A stretch of 64,000 nucleotides of DNA from Eledone cirrhosa (taxonomy: Eukaryota): NCBI GenBank assembly GCA_964016885.1, contig OZ024751.1:26660001-26724000 (forward strand), read 5' to 3'. The notes under the pieces were generated by a model. The model searched no databases and was not told the DNA's origin. It was given only the letters and a program-made list of their open reading frames with translations. Of this stretch, positions 14,885-29,533 are shown piece after piece. Position 1 is the stretch's first letter. Each line of letters starts with the position of its first letter. The position numbers and the translations under genes were made by a program.

Positions 14885-15705
14885 GTATGTATGTATGTAT
14901 GTATGTATGTATGTATGTATGTATATGGGCCTCCTCATAATTATAGGTCCATATCATCAGTCCCAGATATTACCTTTCTCTTCTTGTCTTCTTTGGGTAC
15001 ACATGAATATAGTCAGTTTCTGTTGATAGGGTTTCACTGTTGGTGTGGTGTATGTGGTGATATTTCTGTTGGTCCTTAGCTAGTGTGGTCAACATAGACA
15101 TCAGTACAATTGGTATAGTCTACGTAGTGAGGGTTAGTTCTTGGTGGTCATCAGCTAATAGTGTGGACATTTTAAATGGTATCTAACAGCAGGGATCAAC
15201 TCATTTACATCTGATATTGTAACAGAAGTTTGAACTTTATATAAACCTTCTTGTGCTGACCTCCTTCTGGAGACGAGACCAACAGACGACGACATAGAAA
15301 TAAAGACGTTTAACCTGCTGTCAACATATGTATACACGACATTCGCCCCTTGACCTCATTATCAGTAGAGTCACTAACTAACCCCACCAACTTCGATAGT
15401 AGTCTACCACCTCCCCTCCACTTCTCACACACACATCTGTTGTGATCAACCAGTAAATTCGTGAGCGTCATGTCACTATTATACGGTTGACCTTTAATGT
15501 TCGGCTTCAAAAGAAGTTGTTGTGAGTGGTTGACAATGAATGGTGGACATGTCGTCTGGGGACACCCCCACCAGTTCCCTCACCAGTTACACTAATTCCA
15601 TTTGACACCAAATTGGGTGGGGCACCTCCACCTTGTCATGTCATCCTATAACCCACTCTGTCCCTCTCTTTCTTCCCCCTCTCTCCCCCTCTCTTTGTAT
15701 ATGTG

Positions 15706-15742
<37 letters not shown>

Positions 15743-16826
15743 CCGTGTGTGAATGTATGTATATATGTCTGCATGTATGTATGTGTATGGAAGTAGGTAT
15801 TTAAGTATGAAGGTATGTATGTGTGAATGTGTGTGTATGTATGTATGATATATAACGTGGAAATAGTGTGTATGTGTGTATATATGTGTATGTACATATG
15901 TAAGTATGGGGGTACGTATGCACATATTCACTTGTATACACCTGAAGGTGTTGACAGCTATATATTTGCATCTATATATAATTATAGCTTATATCTATAA
16001 GTTACCACCACCCCCCTCTCTCTTACACACATACACATTCACAGACGCACACACACACACACACTCACTCACATTCTCTCTCTCACACACACATACACAC
16101 TCACAGACGCACACAAACACAAACACACACACACACACTCACACTCTCTCTCACACACACACATACACACTCACAGACGCACACACACACACACACACAC
16201 ACACTCACAAACACAACCCCCCACTCACTCACACTATCTCTCTCACACACACGTACACACACACACACTCACAAACACAAACACACACACTCACTCTCAC
16301 TCTCTCTCACACACACATACACACTCATAAACACACTCACGTACACTCTCTCACTTTCTCTCTTACTCTCTCTCTGAAATTTCCCACCTGTCTACCTGTC
16401 TATCGTTCCCACCCCACACCTAACTCTATTCAGGTGTCAGCAGGTTCTGTCTATCCTCCTATCTACCAATGTCTGTCAGTCTGTCTGTCAGTCCATCTGT
16501 TGGTCACTCAATCTGTCTGTCAGTTAGTTTGTTGGTCAGCTAGTACGTTTGTCAGTCCATCTGTTGATCAGTCAATCTGTCTGTCTGTCAGCCTGTCACT
16601 CTGTCTCTCCGTCTGTCATTTTGTCAGTCTGTATGTTGTCAGTCTGTCAGTCTGTCTGTCTGTCAGTCAATCTGTTGGTCAGTCAATCTGTCTGTCTGTC
16701 TGTCTGTCTGTCAGTCTGTCAATCTGTCTGTCTGTCTGTCTGTCTGTCTGTCAGTCAGTCAATCTGTCTGTCTGTCTGTCATAGTTACATATATCTGTTA
16801 GTGCAGCGGTCACCAACCTTTACGCG

Positions 16827-18794
16827 CCACTGACCAATGTCACACAAGACAATATCTCCACTGACCAGTGTCATACAAGACAATATCTCCACTGACCAGT
16901 GACATGTAAGACAATATCTCCACTGACCAGTGTCATACAAGACAATATCTCCACTGACCAGTGACATGTAAGACAATATCTCCACTGACCAGTGACATAC
17001 AAGACAATATCTCCACTGACCAGTGTCATACAAGACAATATCTCCACTGACCAGTGACATGTAAGACAATATCTCCACTGACCAGTGACATGTAAGACAA
17101 TATCTCCACTGACCAGTGACATACAAGACAATATCTCCACTGACCAGTGTCATACAAGACAATATCTCCACTGACCAGTGTCATACAAGACAATATCTCC
17201 ACTGACCAGTGTCATACAAGACAATATCTCCACTGACCAGTGACATGTAAGACAATATCTCCACTGACCAGTGACATGTAAGACAATATCTCCACTGACC
17301 AGTGTCATACAAGACAATATCTCCACTGACCAGTGACATGTAAGACAATATCTCCACTGACCAGTGACATGTAAGACAATATCTCCACTGACCAGTGACA
17401 TGTAAGACAATATCTCCACTGACCAGTGTCATACAAGACAATATCTCCACTGACCAGTGACATGTAAGACAATATCTCCACTGACCAGTGACATACAAGA
17501 CAATATCTCCACTGACCAGTGTCATACAAGACAATATCTCCACTGACCAGTGACATGTAAGACAATATCTCCACTGACCAGTGACATGTAAGACAATATC
17601 TCCACTGACCAGTGACATACAAGACAATATCTCCACTGACCAGTGTCATACAAGACAATATCTCCACTGACCAGTGTCATACAAGACAATATCTCCACTG
17701 ACCAGTGTCATACAAGACAATATCTCCACTGACCAGTGACATGTAAGACAATATCTCCACTGACCAGTGACATGTAAGACAATATCTCCACTGACCAGTG
17801 TCATACAAGACAATATCTCCACTGACCAGTGACATGTAAGACAATATCTCCACTGACCAGTGACATACAAGACAATATCTCCACTGACCAGTGTCATACA
17901 AGACAATATCTCCACTGACCAGTGACATGTAAGACAATATCTCCACTGACCAGTGACATGTAAGACAATATCTCCACTGACCAGTGACATGTAAGACAAT
18001 ATCTCCACTGACCAGTGACATACAAGACAATATCTCCACTGACCAGTGTCATACAAGACAATATCTCCACTGACCAGTGACATGTAAGACAATATCTCCA
18101 CTGACCAGTGACATACAAGACAATATCTCCACTGACCAGTGTCATACAAGACAATATCTCCACTGACCAGTGTCATACAAGACAATATCTCCACTGACCA
18201 GTGACATACAAGACAATATCTCCACTGACCAGTGACATGTAAGACAATATCTCCACTGACCAGTGTCATACAAGACAATATCTCCACTGACCAGTGTCAT
18301 ACAAGACAATATCTCCACTGACCAGTGACATGTAAGACAATATCTCCACTGACCAGTGTCATACAAGACAATATCTCCACTGACCAGTGTCATACAAGAC
18401 AATATCTCCACTGACCAGTGACATACAAGACAATATCTCCACTGACCAGTGACATACAAGACAATATCTCCACTGACCAGTGTCATACAAGACAATATCT
18501 CCACTGACCAGTGACATGTAAGACAATATCTCCACTGACCAGTGTCATACAAGACAATATCTCCACTGACCAGTGACATGTAAGACAATATCTCCACTGA
18601 CCAGTGTCATACAAGACAATATCTCCACTGACCAGTGACATGTAAGACAATATCTCCACTGACCAGTGTCATACAAGACAATATCTCCACTGACCAGTGT
18701 CATACAAGACAATATCTCCACTGACCAGTGTCATACAAGACAATATCTCCACTGACCAGTGTCATACAAGACAATATCTCCACTGACCAGTGAC
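16827..18794 (+). repeat. 31-bp minisatellite, ~63 units, three variants
   Basis: CCACTGACCAGTG-[TCATAC|ACATGT|ACATAC]-AAGACAATATCT in perfect tandem. Confidence 0.99.
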
Positions 18795-18804
18795 TTATTA
18801 ACCC

Positions 18805-18990
18805 TCTCTGTCAATTCCACCCCAACAGCCTCTGCCATTTCATCAATTCCTCTAGCTATACTGCAAACCAAAAGAGGAACCATTTGCTACCCTTTTAACT
18901 GAAGTCTCTCCTAAAACTTCACAGCAAATGTCCTTAACGACAGGCATGGTCATCTCTTTACCAATAGTGATGTACTTCTTAGTGGTCCCG
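18805..18990 (-). pseudogene. hAT Charlie/Buster (ZBED5-like) transposase fragment
   Basis: TKKYITIGKEMTMPVVKDICCEVLGETSVKRVAN..(frameshift)..IARGIDEMAEAVGVEL resembles the recalled family motif KKPFTIGEELILPAAKDICRELLGE..RRIDEIAEDIE. Confidence 0.8.
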
Positions 18991-19608
18991 TACCAAATGG
19001 TCATCCACAGACCGAGGGTTGAGGCAGCAGATGTGAGGTCCACCTCCTCTGCAGGGTACCATCAAATCTGATATATTTCGTATGCAGAGACAGTTAACTT
19101 CGTAGAGTTATATATGAATGATTGCTCCTTCGTTGTTTTGAGCTGATTTAGACGGGTTTTTTGGCTGCTATTTCTAGCGTCGATATAAGCCATTCGTATT
19201 GTCCTGATACAGGGAGTAGAAAATTTTCGTAGAGTATTTCAATGTTTCGTCTGTAGCTTCCCATGTGGTTTATAAGCGGTATGAATATATGATATATATG
19301 CATCTAGTCCCTTTAGGTAGAATATATCCTTACGGCCATTCAATACAACACCATGTTCACCTATAAGATCTAACAGTCAATTGGTATGTACGATAATGTT
19401 TCTGTCTTGACCCTTTATTCTTATGAAGAATTCACCTCCCGATGATAAAACTTCAATTCTTCCAGTATTGCTTATTCCAATAGCTTGGCATTCCAGATAC
19501 TGTCTTGAGATTTTGAAATCATGGTGAGGGCCTTATATGAGTTAAAATTGACCTATATCCTAGCAAATTTGACCTATATCCCCCCAAACTGAGATTTGGG
19601 CTTAAATT

Positions 19609-19726
<118 letters not shown>

Positions 19727-19738
19727 TTAATATAGATG

Positions 19739-19789
19739 AGATTCTACAGGACTAGAACTTTTTCATTCTTTAGAAATCATCAGGAATCT
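19739..19789 (-). ncRNA. Type I hammerhead motif, left-arm copy with one stem III mutation
   Basis: Reverse complement of 19946-19996 with GAAAC changed to GAAAA. Confidence 0.6.
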
Positions 19790-19945
19790 GGCTTTCCAAA
19801 ATAAATGTTGTGGTATTTATAAATTATAGCCTTAAAGAATTAGCTTTTAATGAATTCCTTTTTCTTTCAACCAATGACCTCCACCCATCTCACTCCCCTA
19901 CCACATGAAAAGATATAAATACCACAACATTTATTTTGGAAAGCC

Positions 19946-19996
19946 AGATTCCTGATGATTTCTAAAGAATGAAACAGTTCTAGTCCTGTAGAATCT
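19946..19996 (+). ncRNA. Type I hammerhead ribozyme motif
   Basis: AGATTC-CTGATGA-tTTCT aa AGAAt-GAAA-CAG ttctagtc CTG-TA-GAATCT; 6-bp perfect stem I and a GUA site. Confidence 0.75.
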
Positions 19997-20081
19997 CATC
20001 TATATTAAAACTTTTATACTCTGCTATGTATTGAGTACCTTACTTACAGTGGTTACCTCCGATTCAACCCGGAATAACTTA

Positions 20082-20157
<76 letters not shown>

Positions 20158-20229
20158 TGTGTATATGTATATATACATATGGTATCAAAAAATATCAATT
20201 ATGTCTGACATTTGTGCTTCTCAATATAT

Positions 20230-20385
20230 ATATATAGAGAGAAAGGACCATATATCTTATGAGAACACACAGTATTTTGTATATACACAAAGCACATATA
20301 TTTCTTTGATATATATGTGCTTTGTGTATATACAAAATACTGTGTTCTCATACGATATATGGTCCTTTTTATCTCTCTCTATATC
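20230..20385. repeat. ~70-bp-arm fold-back palindrome next to TA/CA tracts
   Basis: aaaggaccatatatc...cacatatatttc ttt gatatatatgtg...gatatatggtccttt. Confidence 0.85.
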
Positions 20386-20408
20386 TACATATATCTATTA
20401 ATCTGTAT

Positions 20409-20496
<88 letters not shown>

Positions 20497-20575
20497 GAAC
20501 CACGAACGTAAATATAGGGAGCTGTTGGTAGACACTAATATATATGTACAATATATATATACAAATACGCGCGCG

Positions 20576-20620
<45 letters not shown>

Positions 20621-21475
20621 GCGCACACAATGTGTATTAATATATAAACATATATCTGTGTATGCACATACAAACATCTGCATAGACGTTCGCTTTCAAA
20701 TAAAACTGTAACATTTTAATGACAAAGGAGAAAGTATTAGTAACAGTAGTGATTGTAGTATCAGTAGTAATAGTAGTATCAGTAGTAGTAGTAGTAGTTG
20801 TAGTAGTAGTAGTAGCAGTACTAATAGTAATTGAAATAAAAGAAACTATACAAAAGTAAACGGAAACAATAATCAAGAAGAACTACAAGAAAAGCAACCA
20901 CAACAATAAAAACAACAACAACAACAGTAAAAGCAACAACAACCACAACCACAACAAAAGCAACAATAACAACATCAATAAAAGCAAAAACAACAACAAG
21001 AAGGAATTGAAAAGGAGCAAGGAGAAAAAATAGAAAAGCGACAAAGATGGCGGAAGCAAAAAATATACGAAACAACCAAAAACAAAAAAAAAAAAATGAG
21101 TGGAAAGAAAAAAAGCAAAGGAAAGAATTTGAAGAAATTAGATAGATATTGTGCTGGTGCCTGTTTTTCTTCCATTCTTCATCTCCGGGGAAGAATATTT
21201 TATTGGAGAAAATAGAAGAAACTAGAAAGTTGTACGACTTAAGTTTCATGGCTTTTGTTTTTCATTGTAGAGTTTATTTTAAAACACGAAAATCTGGCAG
21301 CAGAACGGGCCGAAGTGGAGGTTTACATAGACACACACACACAGACATTCACACACAGACACTCACACACAGACACACACAGATACTCACACACAGACAT
21401 ATGTACATGCAAATGTGTGTCTTTATCTATCTATCTATTTATCTACCTAAACATATCTATCTACCTAACTATCTT

Positions 21476-21581
<106 letters not shown>

Positions 21582-21611
21582 GTCTATCATTTATCTATCT
21601 ATCTTTTATCT

Positions 21612-21982
21612 ATGACCATTAACAAGTCGCAAGGTCAACCTCTGCAGGTTGTCAGTCTCCATCTAGAAGATGGCTGTTTCTCACCTGGTCAATTGTATGT
21701 AGATTATTCCAGAAGGAAGCCCTTACAAACTCTTCATAAAGGCTCCGAAGAAATAACTTAAAAACATTGTATGAACTGAAGTTCTGTAAATGTTTAGAAT
21801 TTCTATAGAATACATTTTTCTGTTATTTTCTTTATTACTTTCTGTATTTAGATATTCTAAATAAATTTTAAACATTATTTAATGCAATATTTAAATACGT
21901 TAAGGAAAATGGGCATTACTATAAATAACAATTGGTGCCTTGTGATTAGATTTGAGCACAGTACAAACCGGGAGGCCGCTAG
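21612..21982 (+). mobile_element. Helitron 3' end with Pif1-like helicase C-terminal remnant
   Basis: MTINKSQGQPLQVVSLHLEDGCFSPGQLYVDYSR, then KNIV*TEVL* (stop 21787-21789) in a shifted frame; terminus ccgggaggccgCTAG|t at 21979-21982. Confidence 0.88.
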
Positions 21983-22042
21983 TATATATATATATAGTAA
22001 TAATAAATGTGAATACTAAAATCCGAAGAGGGCTCAATAAGG

Positions 22043-22095
<53 letters not shown>

Positions 22096-22535
22096 CGTAA
22101 AATAAGAAAATTATAAAATTAATTTACTTACTAAAATTTCACTCCCAACTAATTAGTTTCTGATATATAAATCTTCCAAAAACCATTAACTTGCAGACCC
22201 CTGCAAGTGGATTTTGTCGATTTCGGATTTACAGAAACCCAGCGGAGATATTATATATTATATGTGATGTATATTATATAGTATATATTATGTGTTGTGT
22301 ATGGCATCGACGCGACGGTCCATGTTTGTCATATTTTATCCTGAGTTCAGTTTTTTCGTCGCTTTGGTCACTGCGGCTCACCTATCGGTCGGTCGCTGTC
22401 TTCAATTTGCAAAGCTGTCTAAACGTAATGTTATAACTCTAGGGTAATATACCCTATTGAGTGCTTAGCTGCACACCCCGACTGCATTCGTTAGCTTGGC
22501 TACAACCAGAGCTTCGATGATGCTGTACTAAATTT

Positions 22536-22719
<184 letters not shown>

Positions 22720-22737
22720 AATATATATATATATATG

Positions 22738-22835
<98 letters not shown>

Positions 22836-23263
22836 CGGAACAAGTAAACATTAAACAATCTTTTAAATAAATTAAAATACGATTTAAATATTTACCTCTT
22901 CTAGAGCCATGACCGACGGTTTCGCTTATCAAAAGATTGGAAATTCAGAGAATTTCCAATGGAAAGATATAGCTCTTCAGATAGCTTTTCCAAATCTACT
23001 AGACATAAGTCCGTATAGATGTAGATATATCACCCTCTGCCCAGTGAATGAATCAAGCCGTTAAAATGACCCACACACTTAATGGGCCCCTAGAAAAAGC
23101 GGGAATTATAGACTCGCTGATATTTCATGCTGCTAGAAATAGCAGCATGATACAGCATTTTTTTCTCTACATTAAGGAGAATTAGATAAATGATATATAT
23201 ATCCCAGTAGGTACTAGGTACCCACGGAAATATATATGGTGTCTATAATAGTGGTTGTTCTAT

Positions 23264-23308
<45 letters not shown>

Positions 23309-23632
23309 GTGTGTGTATATATATATATATACACATGTGTGTGTGTGTATATATATATACATGTGTGTGTATACATCAGGATACAATCAGTTTAAAACTA
23401 GTTACACCATTACTCAACACAGTGCTGTTCAATACTTGGGATAGTAGAATATGACTATTTATTAAAAGTCAGGACCCTACAGCTGAGCTCTTGTCGTTTT
23501 AACAGCTTGTTCTATATATATAATATATGTATATATATACATATATATATAAACAAGTATACACACAGCCATGTGAATATGTACGTACACACACACATAC
23601 ACATATATATATATACATATATATACATATCT

Positions 23633-23686
<54 letters not shown>

Positions 23687-24176
23687 GGTGGTGGCGGTGG
23701 TGTAGAGCTATGTTGGCACATTTCAATAGGGCGATGTATACATATTTAAGTGAAAGTACATTTAAAAAAAAATATGTTTGAGATTAGTGGAATATTAGCA
23801 CAAACACACACAGACACACACACACAGATACACATACTTACATACACATAAACACTTACACACAAGCACGTACACTCACACATACACCACACGTACACAC
23901 ACACACACACACAAGTTAAAACTGTCAACCCTATACACACACACGCATACAGGCACATACACACATTCACACGCAAACACACACGCACACACACATACAC
24001 ATACACACACATTCACACGCACACACACATACACAGACAGGTATATACATACACACATAATGCATAATTATATACATACACACATACATTACATACAAAC
24101 ATACACACATACGTAATGCATACTTATTTACATACATATATACATTATATAGATACATACATAATACATACATATA

Positions 24177-24590
24177 TGGTGGCTGCCAACTCGTTTTCGA
24201 GTACGGCCACTACTTTATATCCATGTAGGAGAACCCCTACTGATACCCTGAACGAGTGTGACTTTTTAGTCCAGCCAGCGACTTGAAAACTCTGGTACAA
24301 ACACTACACTTGTGACAATTATTGACACATAGTGCTGGGCCCATGGTACCATGTGATGACAAGTGCAGAGAGATCTCCAGATATAAAGCAATGCCTGTGC
24401 CGTGAAGCTTTTATAGTGAGCAAAGGCACTGCACAAAGCCAGTCCCACTCTCTTAACCAAGATGATATTTACCAAAAAGAAGAACAAGTCAACATCATTG
24501 GATACCATCAGGGTTGCAGGTGTTATATCAGAGTTTTCCTTCTCCTAGAATTCTGCCTTGACAAAGGCTAAGGGGTCATCTCTCCCGGAC
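24177..24590 (-). mobile_element. Family R repeat, 5'-truncated, inverted
   Basis: Reverse complement of ~14472-14884. Confidence 0.85.
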
Positions 24591-24622
24591 ATACACACAT
24601 ACATACATATATACATACATAT

Positions 24623-24653
<31 letters not shown>

Positions 24654-24691
24654 CATATATAAATGCATATATTCATGCATACATACATATA

Positions 24692-24724
<33 letters not shown>

Positions 24725-24900
24725 TCATACATACATATATATATTAATTATATAGATACATAATAAATACATATATAGATACATACATATATATATATAT
24801 ATACACCCTCCACTTCCTCCCAAGCATGATACTAATAAGACTGTATTTTGGGATCTCGGTGGTTCTGTTTTAGTTTTTTGAACGATATATATATATATAT

Positions 24901-24964
<64 letters not shown>

Positions 24965-25063
24965 GTTCACACACACATATATACACACGCATATACATGC
25001 ATACATAGATTCTTACGCACTCACGCAGAGTAAGTCATCGTAGTAGTAGTAGTAGTAGCGTTG

Positions 25064-25144
<81 letters not shown>

Positions 25145-25313
25145 ACATATTTGTAGTTGTCGTTATAATAGTAAAAGAAGAAGAAGAAAAATCGGATGTT
25201 AAAATTATTGGGAACGAAACTGACGAAGCCAAGAAGAGAACGAGTGAAAGTGTAATATATATATATATATGTATACATATATATATATTTATATATATAT
25301 GTATATATATATT

Positions 25314-25377
<64 letters not shown>

Positions 25378-25388
25378 CGTGTGCGTGC

Positions 25389-25465
<77 letters not shown>

Positions 25466-25790
25466 TTTGTGTGTGTGTGTGTGTATGTGTGTGTGTGACG
25501 GAGAAGATGCAGTGATGGTTAGAAAATGTCAAAATGGTGATATATGCACTCTTCTGACGATGAAACAATGAAGTCTACCGGATATAACACAGTTTGATAT
25601 TTACAAAATAAGAATTTATGGAATAAAAACCCATTTCACAAACAGATAGTTACTCTTGCTCCCTCAAATCTCTCTCTGTATGTCTCTCTTTCTGCCTGTC
25701 AGTCTGTCCCTTTCTCTTTCTTTTATTTATCTCGTTCAATGAAGGAAATAACTTGTAAAGAATCAATCCTTTTAAGTAGCCGTGCATTTT

Positions 25791-25899
<109 letters not shown>

Positions 25900-26954
25900 G
25901 TATATATATATATACATATACATTGTGTTGAATATGTTTTACACTCACACACACACATATATTTACATGGCAGGTATTACAATAGGATTTATGTATATAT
26001 TAATTTTTACGATATGATTTAAGCAAACTAATATGGCGGAAAAATAATTCAGCCATTAGAAAGTACATATAAAGAGAGAAAACAGTAAACTACATATCAA
26101 TGTGATTGTTCTTCTTTCTCTTCTTCTTCTTCTTTTTCTCATTGTTGTTTGTTGTTGCTGTTGTTTGTTGTTGTTTGTTTTTGTTTGTTGTTGTTGTTTG
26201 TTGTATGTTGTTGTTGTTTGTTGTTTGTTGTTGTTTCACGTCAGAACCAATTATAACTCAGTGTAATATATATACATTACCCAGTAGTGTTATATATTTT
26301 AAATAATCCCGTTATTGAATCGATTCTGTGTTTCATTCTTCACACTCTGGTTATCTCTATTTCCAGATCTTTATTTGGATGTATTTTTCAATTTCTTTAA
26401 TAAATGTATGATCATTATATATTTTTCTTTCTTTTTGTGTGATCTTTGAAAGTATCCAGTGTTAGGGAGCAGGTCCTTTCCTGGTGCTTGTGGTCTTTGA
26501 AAGTATCCAGTGTTAGGGAGCAGGTCCTTTCCTGGTGTTCTCTGACAATATCCAACCGATTTGCCTTGATTTACCCGTCTCATTACAATGACATGTCATA
26601 AAGCTACAATGACATGTCATAAAGCTGCTATCGGCAAATTCTATTTCTAATGGCGATTCTTTTGCAGCTTTTCCCACGTCCCACCTGTATATTACATCAT
26701 ATCTTTCATCAAAACAGTTGGTAAGTTCCGGTGCCCAAAGAGAACAATGGTCCACTTGTTGCGGCCCCCCTCTTAAAACATGGCCATGTGATCCTTGGAA
26801 CCCAGGGACTTCTTCCTACATCCTTTTTGTTCCCTTCATAGTATTCCCTCCCGTGACAGAAAAGCATGTTTTCCCCGCAAATATTCCAGTGAGAACCTTT
26901 CATACTATATTTAGGCATGCTCTAGAGCGGTAGTTTCCCTCTGAATTCCCCTTA

Positions 26955-28130
26955 CAAGCGTTGTCCTCTCAGTAACCATCCAGGTGGGGACTACACCTTT
27001 CTGATTACAATCATTCCATTCTACTGCCAGTCTTTCATGTATTGTATTGCATCTCTTCAACCAAAAGCCGTGGATCCCATCTGGTCCGGGGTCTTTCCAG
27101 TTTGGTCACATCTCTACTTGATCCTTCAAATGGAATATTTATGGTAATATCTTTGTGTAGATTTCTTCCTCGCAACTCTGTCTTGATGTTGTCTATCCTT
27201 GCCTCATACTGTTTCTCCACATCACATTCCAGAACTCCTTGGTCTTACCACTATTAGGGATACCATCCTTCCCATACCAAAGTACAGAAGAATTGTTTTC
27301 CATTATTTTGGAACAATCTATTCTCCTTGAACTGTTTATTTCTATTTGCACAGCTTATATTCTGGCTTTTTAAGATAATTCTTTGATTTTGCTGTTCTAT
27401 TACTGTATAGAATCCACTATTTCATATTTATCCACTTTCCTTTAAACCAGTGATTCCCAACGTGGGGAACACACCCCATAAGGGGGCAATTTTGATATTT
27501 AAGGGGACCCATTTAAAAATAATGTTAATGAGAACAAACCTCGGGTTTTACTTTATTACTTTTACACCAAGGTAACTTTGGTACACATTACTGTCAGAAA
27601 CTGCTATCTCACCTCCTCCACACATGTTATTGTGTATCTGGCACCACCTATATGGTACACATTACTGTCATAAACTACTGTCTCACCTTCTCCACATGTT
27701 ATTGTGCATTTGGTACCACCTATACAGCAATTTGTTTACACTTTGCAGTTGATCGTTGCTGTTTTCGTGTCAAAGGGGGACATAAAAAGTTTTTAGATGT
27801 TGAGGTGGGGCATGGTGCGCAAAAGGTTGGGAACCACTGCTTTAAACCATTGCTCAATTTTACTTAGATCCTGCGTTAACCACACTATGGTGTTTTCAAT
27901 GCGTCTTTTCTACCATGGCCTTATTCTGCTAGGTGCTCGTCAGTCCTGTTTATTCCTCTACAAGAAGGGCAACAGCTCAGATGAGGTTCCTAGTTTGAGT
28001 TATGTGTTCTGTCTTGATGTGTTGTATGACATAATTTATCTTTTTTGTAGTTTCAATTACTCTCTTCCTATCTACTCTTCTCATATTCATTGGGATTCTT
28101 TCTTCTGAGGCATTCATCAAATCTATAAAC
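26955..28130 (-). pseudogene. R4/Dong-type non-LTR retrotransposon ORF remnant
   Basis: PNWKDPGPDGIHGFWLKRCNTIHERLAVEWNDCNQKGVVPTWMVTERTTLV (26955-27105), KTKEFWNVMW (~27220-27250), PW*KRRIE (~27895-27920). Confidence 0.8.
27448..27839. mobile_element. Non-autonomous hAT (Charlie-like) MITE
   Basis: TIRs CAGTGATTCCCAAC / GTTGGGAACCACTG (13/14 match); perfect 8-bp TSD CTTTAAAC at 27440-27447 and 27840-27847. Confidence 0.92.
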
Positions 28131-28284
28131 TGTCAAGCGATTCATCACCCTAATGACACCCTTGTATCACCATTCTGTTCTCAGCCCCTACTAGGGTTCA
28201 ATCTATAACATTCCTCTTTAGCAGCCCTAACAGTCCCTTCACAATCTCTTTCACTGCAAATGTAGATATCGCTTATTATTATTA

Positions 28285-28908
28285 GGGCGGTAAATTGATC
28301 GGTAGAGGGTCGGACGCCATGCTTTGACGCATAGAGTTACGGCCCTTTTCATTATGAGTTCAAATCCCTCCAAGGTTAACTTTGCCTTTCATCCTTACGG
28401 AGTCGATAAAATAAAGTACCAGTGATGCACTGGGTAATTGCTGGTCTTGTGCCTAAAAGTAGAAACAATTATTATTAGGGCGGTGGATTGACAGAATCAG
28501 AAGAGCGTCGGACACCATGCTTTGCAGAATAGAGTTCTGACCCTTTACGTTCTGATTTCAAATCTCGCCGAGGTTAGCTTTGCCTTCCATCCTTACGGGG
28601 TCGATAAAATAAAGTACCAGTAATGTACTGGGGTCGATTTTATCGACTTTTCCCTCCCCCAAAATTACTGACCTTGTGCCTAAACTAGAAATCAACATTT
28701 TTGTTTGTAGTGGCGGTGGATTGGCAGAATCGGTAGAGGGTCGGACTCCATGCTTTGACGCATAGAGTTACGGCCCTTGTCATTCTGAGTTCAAATCCCG
28801 CCGAGGTTCACTTTGCCTTTCATCCTTACGGGGTCGATAAGATAAAGTACCAGTAATGTACTGGGGTAATTGCTGGCCTTGTGCCTAAAGTAGAAACAAT
28901 TATTATTT
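28285..28908 (+). mobile_element. Three head-to-tail SINE family A copies
   Basis: Units start near 28285, 28478 and 28711; A-box-like TGGCAGAATCGG, B-box GAGTTCAAATC, ends agaaacaattattatt. Confidence 0.9.
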
Positions 28909-28911
28909 TTT

Positions 28912-28970
28912 ATAGTAGTAGTAGCAGTAGTAGTAGTAGCCGCATCATCATCATTATCATCATCATCATC

Positions 28971-29035
<65 letters not shown>

Positions 29036-29335
29036 CCGCATCATCATCATTATCATCATCATCATCAGTAGTAGTAGTAGTAGTAGTAGTGGTAGTAGTA
29101 GTAGTAGTAGTAGTAGTAGCCGCATCATCATCATTATCATCATCATCATCATCAGTAGTAGTAGTAGTAGTAGTAGTGGTAGTAGTAGTAGTAGTAGTAG
29201 TAATAGTGGTAGTAGTAGTAGTAGTAGTAGTAGCCGCCGCCGCATCATCAGCATCATCTTCATCATCATCAGTAGTAGTAGTAGTAGTAGTAGCAGCAGC
29301 AGCAGCAGCAGCAGCAGTGGTGGCGGCGGCGGTGT
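28912..29335 (+). repeat. Compound (TAG)n/(CAT)n repeat with duplicated blocks
   Basis: Recurrent gccgcatcatcatcattatcatc junction. Confidence 0.9.
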
Positions 29336-29460
29336 TACACCAGTAAACATTGCTAGCAATATTCTCTGGTTTCATCAGAGCCTGACAGACTAAAGTTGTT
29401 GAAATTTTACTGCCAGAAAATACAGAAGATATTTAGAAGTTAACTGACTCACTAGAGAAA

Positions 29461-29533
<73 letters not shown>

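Larger units (their letters stand above)
16804..18995 (-). mobile_element. hAT Charlie/Buster-type element remnant containing a minisatellite
   Basis: TIR-like CAGCGGTCACCAACCTTT at 16804 and a transposase remnant at 18805-18990. Second TIR not found. Confidence 0.65.

Noticed and set aside
16827-18794. CRISPR array or coding repeat (MEILSCMTLVSGD... ORFs)
   Set aside because: No unique spacers (only three 6-nt variants), no cas genes, eukaryotic context; the 31-bp period cycles through all reading frames.
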